Shown here piece after piece: positions 48,541 to 57,428 of a stretch of DNA of 64,000 nt. Every line of letters starts with the position of its first letter. The stretch's first letter is position 1. A program made the translations under genes and the position numbers. The DNA comes from Candidatus Yanofskybacteria bacterium (GTDB lineage Bacteria > Patescibacteriota > Minisyncoccia > 2-02-FULL-40-12 > GWA2-44-9), in contig PLYL01000008.1 in assembly GCA_003151795.1 (NCBI GenBank), forward strand, positions 3,103 through 67,102, written 5' to 3'. The notes under the pieces are model-generated. The model had not been told where the DNA came from. It saw only the letters and a program-made list of their open reading frames with translations, and searched no databases.

Positions 48541-49548
48541 GTGCTAAACGAATTCCGACAAGATCCGGTTTCGGGCGAGTGGGTGCTATTTTCGACGGCT
48601 CGAAGCAAGAAACCCCGCCCCAAAGACGAAGCGCCTTTCTATCAATCAAAGGAAGAATGTTTTTTTGAGCCGGAACGGATGGCCCAACAAGAAACTCCCG
48701 TGGCTGTATATAATCACGGCCAGATTGTAAATAATCTCTTGGCCGATTGGACGACGGTGGTGGTTCCGAACAAATTTCCGGCGTTGAAGCAGGGCATTTG
48801 CGGGCCAATAATTAATGTCGGACCGTTCACCGTGGCCGATGGCAGCGGTTTTCACGAACTGGTGATTACCCGCGATCATGAGAAGAGCTTCGCCCAATTC
48901 AGTGATGCCGAAACCGCCGAAGTCATTCAAGCTTACAGAGACCGGTATGCCGTTATCGCCAAAGATAATTGCGGAGAATATATTTCTATTTTTCATAATC
49001 ACGGCCGGCTCGCGGGCGCGTCCGTCTATCACAATCATTCTCAAATTCTTTCGATGCCCATGGTACCGACCTCTATTGTTCGGCACATGGATGGCGCCCG
49101 AGAGTATTTTAAAAAAACCGGCAGACGAATTCATGAAGTCCTGCTGGCGTGGGAAATGGCCGAGGACAAAAGAGTTGTTTATCAGAACGAGCATTTTATC
49201 GTCCTGTGTCCGTACGTGAGCCGGTCGGCGTATGAAATTAAGATTTTTCCGAAGCGCCCCAGCGCCAATTTTGGCGATATTTCCGATATTGAAATGCCGT
49301 TTCTTGCCAATGCTTTGACAGCCGTGTTAAAAAAACTTTTCACAGCGTTTAATGATATCGATTACGCGTTTTTCATCCATACGGCGCCGCCGAAAAAAGA
49401 AGGCTTGCCCAGCATATACGATTTTTACCAGTGGCACGTGGAAATTATGCCCCGCACCGGAATTGATGCCGGTCTTGAACTGGAAACAAACGTGCTTGTG
49501 AATACCGTCGACCCCGATGAAGCGGCGACGGCATTGAGAAACGCATAA
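48541..49548 (+). CDS. galT: Galactose-1-phosphate uridylyltransferase-like protein
   Basis: R.KP, NKFPAL, GASVYHNHSQ, WHVEI. Confidence 0.85.
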   Translation: MLNEFRQDPVSGEWVLFSTARSKKPRPKDEAPFYQSKEECFFEPERMAQQETPVAVYNHGQIVNNLLADWTTVVVPNKFPALKQGICGPIINVGPFTVADGSGFHELVITRDHEKSFAQFSDAETAEVIQAYRDRYAVIAKDNCGEYISIFHNHGRLAGASVYHNHSQILSMPMVPTSIVRHMDGAREYFKKTGRRIHEVLLAWEMAEDKRVVYQNEHFIVLCPYVSRSAYEIKIFPKRPSANFGDISDIEMPFLANALTAVLKKLFTAFNDIDYAFFIHTAPPKKEGLPSIYDFYQWHVEIMPRTGIDAGLELETNVLVNTVDPDEAATALRNA

Positions 49549-49553
49549 TTGTC

Positions 49554-50162
49554 ATGATTAATTTTTTAGCTAATATCGCTATTCACTTGTTGACCGTTGG
49601 CGGCTATAGCGGGTTGTTTGTCTTATCATTGCTTGAAAGCGCGGCGATTCCGATTCCATCGGAAGTAGTATTGCCGTTCGCGGGATTTTTGGTGGCATCA
49701 GGGCAATTTTCATTATGGACGGCGGTGATTGTGGCCACCATTGCTAATCTTGTTGGTTCAGCCATCTTGTTTTGGATTGGCATTTCGGGCGGCCGCTGGA
49801 TTCTGGAACGCTATGGCAGGTATGTATTGATTCAGAAACATGACATTGAAATCGGCGAAGCTTGGTTCGAGCGCCACGGCACCAAAGCCGTTTTTTACGG
49901 CCGACTATTGCCCTTGGTGCGGACATTTATATCGTTGCCGGCCGGCGTCAGCCGAATGAATTTTAAAAAGTTTTCGCTCTATACGGTTCTCGGCGCTTTG
50001 CCGTGGAATTTTGTCCTTATCTATGCCGGATACAAAACTGGCGAGCATTGGGATTCGCTCCGGCCATACTTCCATATAGCCGACATTGTTATCGGGATAT
50101 TCCTAGTGATACTTATCGGTTGGTATGCGTTCAAAAAACTCAAAAAGAAGAATGCCCAGTAG
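49554..50162 (+). CDS. DedA family protein
   Basis: LESAAIPIPSE, GRLLPLVRTFISLPAG. Confidence 0.92.
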   Translation: MINFLANIAIHLLTVGGYSGLFVLSLLESAAIPIPSEVVLPFAGFLVASGQFSLWTAVIVATIANLVGSAILFWIGISGGRWILERYGRYVLIQKHDIEIGEAWFERHGTKAVFYGRLLPLVRTFISLPAGVSRMNFKKFSLYTVLGALPWNFVLIYAGYKTGEHWDSLRPYFHIADIVIGIFLVILIGWYAFKKLKKKNAQ

Positions 50163-50292
50163 TGAAAGTCCGACTAGTTTTGCTTGGCGCTTTCAATAAT
50201 TTACTTTTAAGCTTAGTATAAATAAAAAATGTCTCGATGTGCGCTTTGTCCAGCAAAACAGAAAGCGCAGGTCGGACTTCTACTATCTGGGC

Positions 50293-51075
50293 ATGGCTAA
50301 AAAATATATTGTCGCCAACTGGAAAAATCATCCCGACTCTTGGGCGGAAGCTGAAAGTATTTTGAATTATATTGACGAGCATTTAAAGGGCATAGCGAAT
50401 CAAGAATCGTCTCTCGTTGTTTGCCCGCCATTCGTGTTTCTCGAAGAAGTTTCTAGAGTCATACAATTATCTCAACTTACCCAGAAAGCCGAACTTGGCG
50501 CGCAGGATATTGCAATAAATGACTCAATATCATTGACGGGGGGAATTTCGGGCATGATGTTGGTCAAACTTGGCGCCCGCTACGTGATTATCGGCCACTC
50601 TGAACGGCGTTGGCCTCGCGGTGAAAGCGCCGGCACCGGCGAGTCAAATCAAATCGTGAACTTAAAAATTAAACAAGCCTTGGCCGACGGCTTAATTCCG
50701 ATTGTGTGCGTCGGCGAAAAAGACCGGGCCGACGATTATATTAAATGGCTGAAGCAACAGGTCGGCGCGACGTTTGCCGGTTTATCCGGCGATCAAATCA
50801 GCCGGTGTTTAATTGCTTACGAACCGGTCTGGGCCATCTCGACCAACCCCGACGCCCGGCCCGACACGCCCGAATCCGCACTGGAATCAATCTCCGCGAT
50901 TCGAGATTTTTTGGCCGAAAATCATTCCCCGGCCGACGTCAGAATTCTTTACGGCGGTTCGGTGACCGAAAAAAACGCCAAAGACTTTCTTTCGTTGTCT
51001 GAAATCGCCGGTGTCCTCGTCGGTGGCGCCAGCATCCGCAAAGAAGAATTCGTCCAGATTATCAAACAGGTCTAG
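50293..51075 (+). CDS. tpiA: Triosephosphate isomerase
   Basis: ANWK, GHSERR, AYEPVWAI, YGGSV, LVGGAS. Confidence 0.96.
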   Translation: MAKKYIVANWKNHPDSWAEAESILNYIDEHLKGIANQESSLVVCPPFVFLEEVSRVIQLSQLTQKAELGAQDIAINDSISLTGGISGMMLVKLGARYVIIGHSERRWPRGESAGTGESNQIVNLKIKQALADGLIPIVCVGEKDRADDYIKWLKQQVGATFAGLSGDQISRCLIAYEPVWAISTNPDARPDTPESALESISAIRDFLAENHSPADVRILYGGSVTEKNAKDFLSLSEIAGVLVGGASIRKEEFVQIIKQV

Positions 51076-51149
51076 GATTTGCTCTATACTTTACAGTGTG
51101 TTATAATTTGACTCCCCAGTATTAGTAGAGGGGAGAAAGGTAAATAGAC

Positions 51150-51440
51150 GTGATTCTGTCAGAAGGAAGTTCTGTTTTTGTCATCGATAATCCAGGGAGC
51201 GCTCCAGCCATAGAACTTCGGCTCCGCTTTCCTGGGCGGTCGTTCAAGATTGCCAGGGAACCACATCCCTGCAACTGCCCGCCATGGATGCCTAAAGATG
51301 ACGAAGCTTGCTCGGAGACCTGCCCGAGCCGCCAGTTCACAATTGAAGTTCCTCAAGGAGACAAGTTCGTCAAGAGGCGCGTAATGGTACGCGACTTCAG
51401 GATAGTGGAACAAGTAGCTCCAGTCCATACGTCCGCTTAG
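51150..51440 (+). CDS. Hypothetical Cys-containing protein
   Basis: TATAAT and SD upstream; branched terminator about 51452-51506. Confidence 0.55.
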   Translation: MILSEGSSVFVIDNPGSAPAIELRLRFPGRSFKIAREPHPCNCPPWMPKDDEACSETCPSRQFTIEVPQGDKFVKRRVMVRDFRIVEQVAPVHTSA

Positions 51441-51539
51441 GCGGACACAACGCTCCGCGCACTCGCACGATGCCATCTGGCATCGTGCCCCGAGCCCGGA
51501 GCTTTTGATTTTGTCTTATTTTAATGTACGATATGTAGG

Positions 51540-52613
51540 ATGCGAACTCTTCGAGACATCCCAGATTTAAAAGATAAAAAAGTCCTGTTACGGGTGGATT
51601 TTAATGTGCCCGTAAGTGAAAATGGGCAGATTGATGATGCGTTTCGAGTTAAGAAACAAAAAGAAATTCTAGACTTCCTTATCAGCCACGGCGCCAAAGT
51701 TGTGATGGTGTCGCATATCACGGCTACGCCAAGTTTCGCTGATTTAATACCCCAATTTCACATCCTGCTCGGTCTTGAAATTAATTTTATAAAATCGTTT
51801 GCTAATATCGGCGAGTATTTGGAACATTATGCCGGGCCCGCTCTACTAGATAATATTCGTCAGAATGAAGGCGAAGAAAAAAATGACTCCGATTTCGCGA
51901 AGCAGTTAGCTCAAGAATTTGATTTGTATATAAACAACGCGTTTGGCGAATGCCATCGGGATTATGCTTCTGTTTCGGCAATCACCAAATTTTTGTCGAG
52001 CTATGCCGGGCCATTGGTTGAGCAAGAAGTCGCTCAATTAAACAAAGTTATTGACGCGCCCAAAGAAGGCAAAGTGGTGATTATGGGCGGAGCGAAGGCT
52101 TCAACCAAAGTCCCGGTCATCAAAAATCTTATTGATAAATCGGAGGCGATACTGCTAGGCGGGGTCGTGGCCAATGATGTTCTCAAAGAAAAAGGCCAAG
52201 ACATGGGCAGTTCGGTGGTGGATGCCGAGGCACATGATTTGCTGGTCGGTCTCGATTTGAATGATTCCAGATTAGTGATTCCCAAAGATTTTATTATTTT
52301 TGATAACAAAATTCTGGATATCGGTGACGAAACCATGCGTCACTACATGGACATCGTTTCCAAAGCCACGATGATTATTTGGAATGGCCCACTGGGATTG
52401 TTTGAGAATCCCGTCTTCGCCAAAGGTACCAACGAGATTGCCCAAGCAATTATAGAATCATCGGCATTCAAAGTCATCGGCGGCGGCGACACGATATCCG
52501 CGGTTGATAAAATCGGTCTGTTGGCTAAATTCGATTTCGTCTCCACCGGCGGCGGCGCGATGCTCGCGTTTCTGGCGGGCGATAAATTGCCCGGCATAGA
52601 AGCATTGAATTAA
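51540..52613 (+). CDS. pgk: Phosphoglycerate kinase
   Basis: RVDFNVP, GGAK, WNGPLG, GGGDT, STGGGA. Confidence 0.96.
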   Translation: MRTLRDIPDLKDKKVLLRVDFNVPVSENGQIDDAFRVKKQKEILDFLISHGAKVVMVSHITATPSFADLIPQFHILLGLEINFIKSFANIGEYLEHYAGPALLDNIRQNEGEEKNDSDFAKQLAQEFDLYINNAFGECHRDYASVSAITKFLSSYAGPLVEQEVAQLNKVIDAPKEGKVVIMGGAKASTKVPVIKNLIDKSEAILLGGVVANDVLKEKGQDMGSSVVDAEAHDLLVGLDLNDSRLVIPKDFIIFDNKILDIGDETMRHYMDIVSKATMIIWNGPLGLFENPVFAKGTNEIAQAIIESSAFKVIGGGDTISAVDKIGLLAKFDFVSTGGGAMLAFLAGDKLPGIEALN

Positions 52614-53071
52614 TGAAAAACAAAATTACTATTTATACCGATGGGGGAGCGAGGGGGAATCCGGGGCCGGCGGGGATTGGGATTGTCATTGACGGATTGG
52701 CGGGCGGGAAGAAAACATTCGGCGAATATATTGGCGAGACGACCAATAACGAAGCCGAGTATCGGGCGTTGATTGTGGCATTGCAGAAATTAAAAAAACT
52801 GGCGGGCAAAAAAAAGTTGGAACAAGTTGATTGCTACGCCGACAGCGAATTGATGGTCAAACAGTTAAACGGCGAATATAAAGTTAAAGACACGAATCTC
52901 CGGGGACTTTTTATGGAAGTTTTAAAACTCAAATCGGAATTCAAGGTTCCGATATTATTTCATCATATCAAGCGGGCCCAAAACGCCGAAGCGGATGAAT
53001 TACTGAACCAAGTCCTTGATAAAGAGACGGGAAAACCCAGGTTTGATTACAAAGCTAAGGATATGGTATAA
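52613..53071 (+). CDS. rnhA: Ribonuclease HI
   Basis: YTDGGARGNPG, TNNEAEY, DSEL, NAEAD. Confidence 0.93.
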   Translation: MKNKITIYTDGGARGNPGPAGIGIVIDGLAGGKKTFGEYIGETTNNEAEYRALIVALQKLKKLAGKKKLEQVDCYADSELMVKQLNGEYKVKDTNLRGLFMEVLKLKSEFKVPILFHHIKRAQNAEADELLNQVLDKETGKPRFDYKAKDMV

Positions 53072-53077
53072 TGAGGC

Positions 53078-53602
53078 GTCAGTACGCAGGCAATTGGTCG
53101 CCATAGGCGACAGGAAAGTCCGGGCACTATCCCGCACATAGCAAGCACTAGTTGCTTTCGCAATACGTATAGCGTGTTTGCGAAGAAAACGAGAATAAGA
53201 CGAGATACGTTGTTAATTAAACAATGTGTCGCAACAGTATTGCCAGTGCTTGCTATGTGCGGGAAACGGTAATGGGTAACTCCCATACACGGCAACGTGA
53301 GAGGTGCGAGCAGAGACGGCTTGTCTCGAAAGAGACGGCAAGCTAAACCCAGACCATTGATTTATCAAAGGTCACAGCTTAGCTCTCATCGGGGATACAA
53401 GATGAGAGGTGAAACGGCTAAATCCTTACTGGAGTGCAAGATCAAAGTCCCGCCCGCTTTTACCTAAAAGTGGGGCGGGATTACAAGTAGATCGCTTGAG
53501 CTCGCGAGCAATCGCGAGCCTAGATAAATAATTGTCGAGGCCCGCCACACTCATTCATGAGTGATGAGGGCTAGTACAGAACCCGGCTTATTACGTACTG
53601 AC
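53078..53602 (+). ncRNA. rnpB: RNase P RNA with large insertion
   Basis: P1 gtcagtacg/cgtactgac; AGGAAAGTCCGGG and ACAGAACCCGGCTTA cores; TG-TATAAT promoter at 53064-53072; terminator about 53604-53637. Confidence 0.93.
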
Positions 53603-53673
53603 CAAAATCGTCCGCCTCGGCGGGCGATTTTGTTTTATTGAAAAATGCTTCTGGACATGTTAGTATTTATATT

Positions 53674-55059
53674 GTGAAAAAAGCCGACCTATTCTTCAAT
53701 GTCATCCGTCTGCCCGTTGATTTCGGGATGCTCATGTTAGCCGGGCTGACCGCCTATATTCTCCGCACTCAAGTCTTGGCGAGTCTTCGGCCCGTTTATT
53801 TTCAGCTAAACTTGCCGTTAATCTCGTACCTTTCCCTCGTGGCAGTGGTGGCTTTAGTGTTTCTTGGCGCCTACGCAATTTCCGGATTATATTCCATGAA
53901 AATCCGCATCGGCAAGGCCGAGGAACTTCTCAAAGTTATTGTCGCGTCTTCGGCCGGCCTTATGCTCGTTATCGTTTTCATATTCTTGCAGCAAGCTCTA
54001 TTTAATTCTCGTTTTCTCGTTCTCGGCGCATGGATTCTCGCGATGTTATTTGTTTCCGTTGGCCGGCTCTTGGTGCGCTATTTCCAGTATATCGCGATAA
54101 CTCGCTATGACTTCGGTATTCAGCGGGCGGTCTTGATTGGCGGCGATGAACTCGCGAAAGGATTGAAAACTCAACTCGAACAGAACCCATCTTCCGGCTA
54201 TCGGATTATCGCGCACTGGGACAAGCCTCAACTGGAAACACTTGCCCAGTTGGGCGATACGGTGGACGAAGTTTTACTGGTCACACCTCATTACGCCGAC
54301 GAACAGATCATTGATTTGGTAGACTTCTGCCACGAACATCATATCGTGTTTAAGTTCGTCCCGAATTTATACAAAACGCTTACTAAACATCTTGATGTCG
54401 ACACGATTGGCACGGTGCCGGTGATTGAGCTCAAACGTACCCCACTGGATGGCTGGGGCAAAGTATTTAAACGCACTCTTGATATTATTGGTGCCAGCCT
54501 AGGGCTTATTATTTTGTCTCCGGTATTTTTAATAATTGCTATCGCGGTGAAGTTAAATACTAAAGGGCCAGTATTTGTGTCGCTTGAACGGGTGAGTAAA
54601 AATAGAAAATTTGATTTGTATAAATTCCGTTCAATGATAGACCACGCCCATGATTTAAATCACGAATTACGTTCTAAATACAACGATCGCCCGAATGCTG
54701 GTCCGTTGTGGAAAATGCGCGATGATCCACGCGTGACTGCTATCGGAAAATTTATTCGAAAAACAAGATTAGATGAATTGCCCCAGCTCTGGAATGTTTT
54801 GAAGGGCGATATAAGTCTCGTCGGTCCGCGTCCGCATCAGCCTGATGAGATTGCTCGATACCAAAAACATCACAAAAAAGTCCTCGCCATCAAAGCCGGC
54901 GCGACGGGCCTGGCCCAGGTTTCCGGCAGTTCCGACTTGCCGTTTGACGAAGAAGTTACGCTCGATAGTTTCTATATTGAAAATTGGTCGATGGGCATGG
55001 ACTTCAAAATTATCTTCCGAACCGTCTTTAAGATGTTGCACGACCACTCGGCAGTCTAA
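53674..55059 (+). CDS. Polyprenyl glycosylphosphotransferase (WcaJ/WbaP-like)
   Basis: KRTLD, KFRSM, DPRVT, LDELPQL, VGPRP. Confidence 0.93.
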   Translation: MKKADLFFNVIRLPVDFGMLMLAGLTAYILRTQVLASLRPVYFQLNLPLISYLSLVAVVALVFLGAYAISGLYSMKIRIGKAEELLKVIVASSAGLMLVIVFIFLQQALFNSRFLVLGAWILAMLFVSVGRLLVRYFQYIAITRYDFGIQRAVLIGGDELAKGLKTQLEQNPSSGYRIIAHWDKPQLETLAQLGDTVDEVLLVTPHYADEQIIDLVDFCHEHHIVFKFVPNLYKTLTKHLDVDTIGTVPVIELKRTPLDGWGKVFKRTLDIIGASLGLIILSPVFLIIAIAVKLNTKGPVFVSLERVSKNRKFDLYKFRSMIDHAHDLNHELRSKYNDRPNAGPLWKMRDDPRVTAIGKFIRKTRLDELPQLWNVLKGDISLVGPRPHQPDEIARYQKHHKKVLAIKAGATGLAQVSGSSDLPFDEEVTLDSFYIENWSMGMDFKIIFRTVFKMLHDHSAV

Positions 55060-55061
55060 CC

Positions 55062-55172
55062 TAGAAGCAAGAATATAGAGTTAAGAATTAAGCGGGATTG
55101 AATGCTGAGCTATAAATTGGTAGCTTTGTTTCGTGCTTGATCTTAATTCTTGATTCGTAATTCCTACTTCTT
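55062..55172. repeat. Inverted heptamer arrays between sugar transferase and GT4
   Basis: tagaagc aagaata tagagtt aagaatt ... cttaatt cttgatt cgtaatt cctactt. Confidence 0.8.
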
Positions 55173-55176
55173 CCTT

Positions 55177-56256
55177 ATGCACATCGCTTTTGTCCATGAA
55201 TATCTCAATCAGTTCGGCGGGGCCGAGCGGATGCTGGCCGTGCTCGCGGAGATGTTTCCGACAGCGCCGATTTATACGTTGCTTTATGATGAAAAGGCGA
55301 CCCGCGGATTATTTAAAGGCCGAGCCGTCAAAACTTCATTCCTTCAGAAATTTCCAGGGGCGGTAGCTCATCACGAATGGTATCCGTTGCTGATGCCTCT
55401 CGCGATTGAGCAATTTGATTTCTCCGCCTACGATGTCGTCATCTCGGTTTCGGCCTCATTCGCGAAAGGCATTATCACCAAACCGGCCGCTCGGCACATT
55501 TGCTACTGTCTCACGCCGCCGAGATTTCTTTGGGACAATAGTCAGAAGTTTGGCAAGGACTTTGGCTTTCCGCCCGTGATTCGATTCGCCAGCCAGCCGC
55601 TGATTTCGTATCTGCGGATGTGGGATCACTCGGCGGCCGATCGCGTCGATGAGTTCTGGCGGATATCTGATTTTGTGGGCAAGCGAATTCAAAAATATTA
55701 TCATCAAGATTCCAAGCTCATCTATCCGCCCGTCGACACGACAGCCTTTCCCATGGCCGCCGAACCGCCCGAAGATTATTTTCTTATGGCCGGCCGGCTC
55801 GTTTCTTATAAAAAATTTGATGTCGCGATTAAGGCATTCAATGAACTGGGACTACCGTTAAAAATTGTCGGCACGGGCCCGGAGTTGGGGAATTTAAAAC
55901 GCCTGGCTAGTAAAAATATCGAATTTCTCGGCCAAGTGGATGACGCAGAATTGGCCCGCCGATACCAAGAAGCTCGCGCTCTGATATTCCCGCAAGAAGA
56001 AGACTTCGGAATCGTGCCGTTGGAAGCGATGGCCTCCGGCCGGCCCGTGATCGCCTATCGGGGCGGGGGAGCGGAAGAGACAATCATTGAAAATGAAACC
56101 GGGATATTTTTTGATACTCAAACTCCCGAAGCTATTATTGAGGCGGTCAAAAAATTTAGCGCTCAAAAATTTTCTTCAGCGACATGCCACGCTCAAGCGG
56201 AGCGATTCAGTACGTCTCGTTTCAAAGAGGAAATTAAAAAAGCCCTGAACCTATGA
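55177..56256 (+). CDS. GT4 glycosyltransferase
   Basis: GGAER, GRLVSYK, EDFGIVPLEAMASG. Confidence 0.92.
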   Translation: MHIAFVHEYLNQFGGAERMLAVLAEMFPTAPIYTLLYDEKATRGLFKGRAVKTSFLQKFPGAVAHHEWYPLLMPLAIEQFDFSAYDVVISVSASFAKGIITKPAARHICYCLTPPRFLWDNSQKFGKDFGFPPVIRFASQPLISYLRMWDHSAADRVDEFWRISDFVGKRIQKYYHQDSKLIYPPVDTTAFPMAAEPPEDYFLMAGRLVSYKKFDVAIKAFNELGLPLKIVGTGPELGNLKRLASKNIEFLGQVDDAELARRYQEARALIFPQEEDFGIVPLEAMASGRPVIAYRGGGAEETIIENETGIFFDTQTPEAIIEAVKKFSAQKFSSATCHAQAERFSTSRFKEEIKKALNL

Positions 56257-57380
56257 TTATTGGCGTCGACATTCGTCCGATGTCAGGTTTAAAGACCGGC
56301 ATTCAGGAATATACCGAGCAAATTCTGGCTTATCTGATTCCGCTCGCGCCCGAGCACACATTTAAATTATTCTTTTCTTCTTTTCGCGGGAGAGCGCCCG
56401 ACCGGCCGTGGATGCACGCGCCAAATGTCCAGATTGTCCAATACCGGATTCCCAATAACTTCTTGTTTTTTATGGGGAGCATGTTTGGATATCCTTTCAT
56501 TGATGATTTGATTGGCGGTGCGGACGTATTTTTCTCGCCTCATTTTTTCCTCGCGCCGCTCTCAAAGGCGTGCCGGCGCGTAACAACGTTTCACGATCTT
56601 TCGTATCTTCGGTTTCCCGAATTTTTCACGTGGCGGAAACGCTGGTGGCACACGATTGAAATGGATCCCGCACGCCAAGCTAGATTTTCCAATCAAATTA
56701 TTGCCGTGTCGGAATCAACTAAGACCGACCTGGCCGATTGCTATCAGATTGATCCCGCTAATATTGCCGTCGTTCATTCGGGGACCGTCGCGGCCCGTCC
56801 GGAAAATGAGACGCTTCTTCAATTTAAAAAAACGCACAATCTTCCCGAGCGATTCATTTTGCATGTCGGCACTCTGGAACCCCGCAAAAATATTGTCGGA
56901 CTTATCCGAGCGTTTAATATTTTAAAAAACCAAGCGGGGCATGAAGATGTTGAACTCGTGCTCATTGGAAAAGAAGGCTGGCAATTTCAAAACATTTTTA
57001 AAGAAATTCAAAAGTCTCCTTTTAAGTCCCACATTCGCCGTCTGGGCCATATCGCCGGCGATTTAGCCCCGTATTACAGCTCGGCGGCCGTATACGTTTG
57101 TCCGTCTTTTTTTGAGGGTTTTGGCTTTCCGGTTCTGGAAGCGATGGCCTGCGGGACGCCGGCGATTGTCTCGGCCAATTCTTCCTTGCCGGAAGTGGCC
57201 GGCGATGCGGGCCTTTTCATAAATCCGTATGATATTTCCGAAATTGCCGAAGCTTTAAAGGCTGTTCTGTCTGAACCATTGATTCGCGCTCGAATGATTA
57301 AAAAGGGCCTCGTCCAAGCTGAAAAATTCGGATGGGACAGTGCGGCTCGACAAACACTCGATATTTTAATCCGGGAATAG
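56253..57380 (+). CDS. GT4 glycosyltransferase
   Basis: GTLEPRKN, EGFGFPVLEAMACG. Confidence 0.92.
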   Translation: MIIGVDIRPMSGLKTGIQEYTEQILAYLIPLAPEHTFKLFFSSFRGRAPDRPWMHAPNVQIVQYRIPNNFLFFMGSMFGYPFIDDLIGGADVFFSPHFFLAPLSKACRRVTTFHDLSYLRFPEFFTWRKRWWHTIEMDPARQARFSNQIIAVSESTKTDLADCYQIDPANIAVVHSGTVAARPENETLLQFKKTHNLPERFILHVGTLEPRKNIVGLIRAFNILKNQAGHEDVELVLIGKEGWQFQNIFKEIQKSPFKSHIRRLGHIAGDLAPYYSSAAVYVCPSFFEGFGFPVLEAMACGTPAIVSANSSLPEVAGDAGLFINPYDISEIAEALKAVLSEPLIRARMIKKGLVQAEKFGWDSAARQTLDILIRE

Positions 57381-57428
57381 GCGAACCATCCACAGGCCTC
57401 ACCGATACTTTAGGGGTATAATTAGGCC

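Noticed and set aside
53047-53295. 82-aa minus-strand ORF
   Set aside because: Antisense to RNase P RNA
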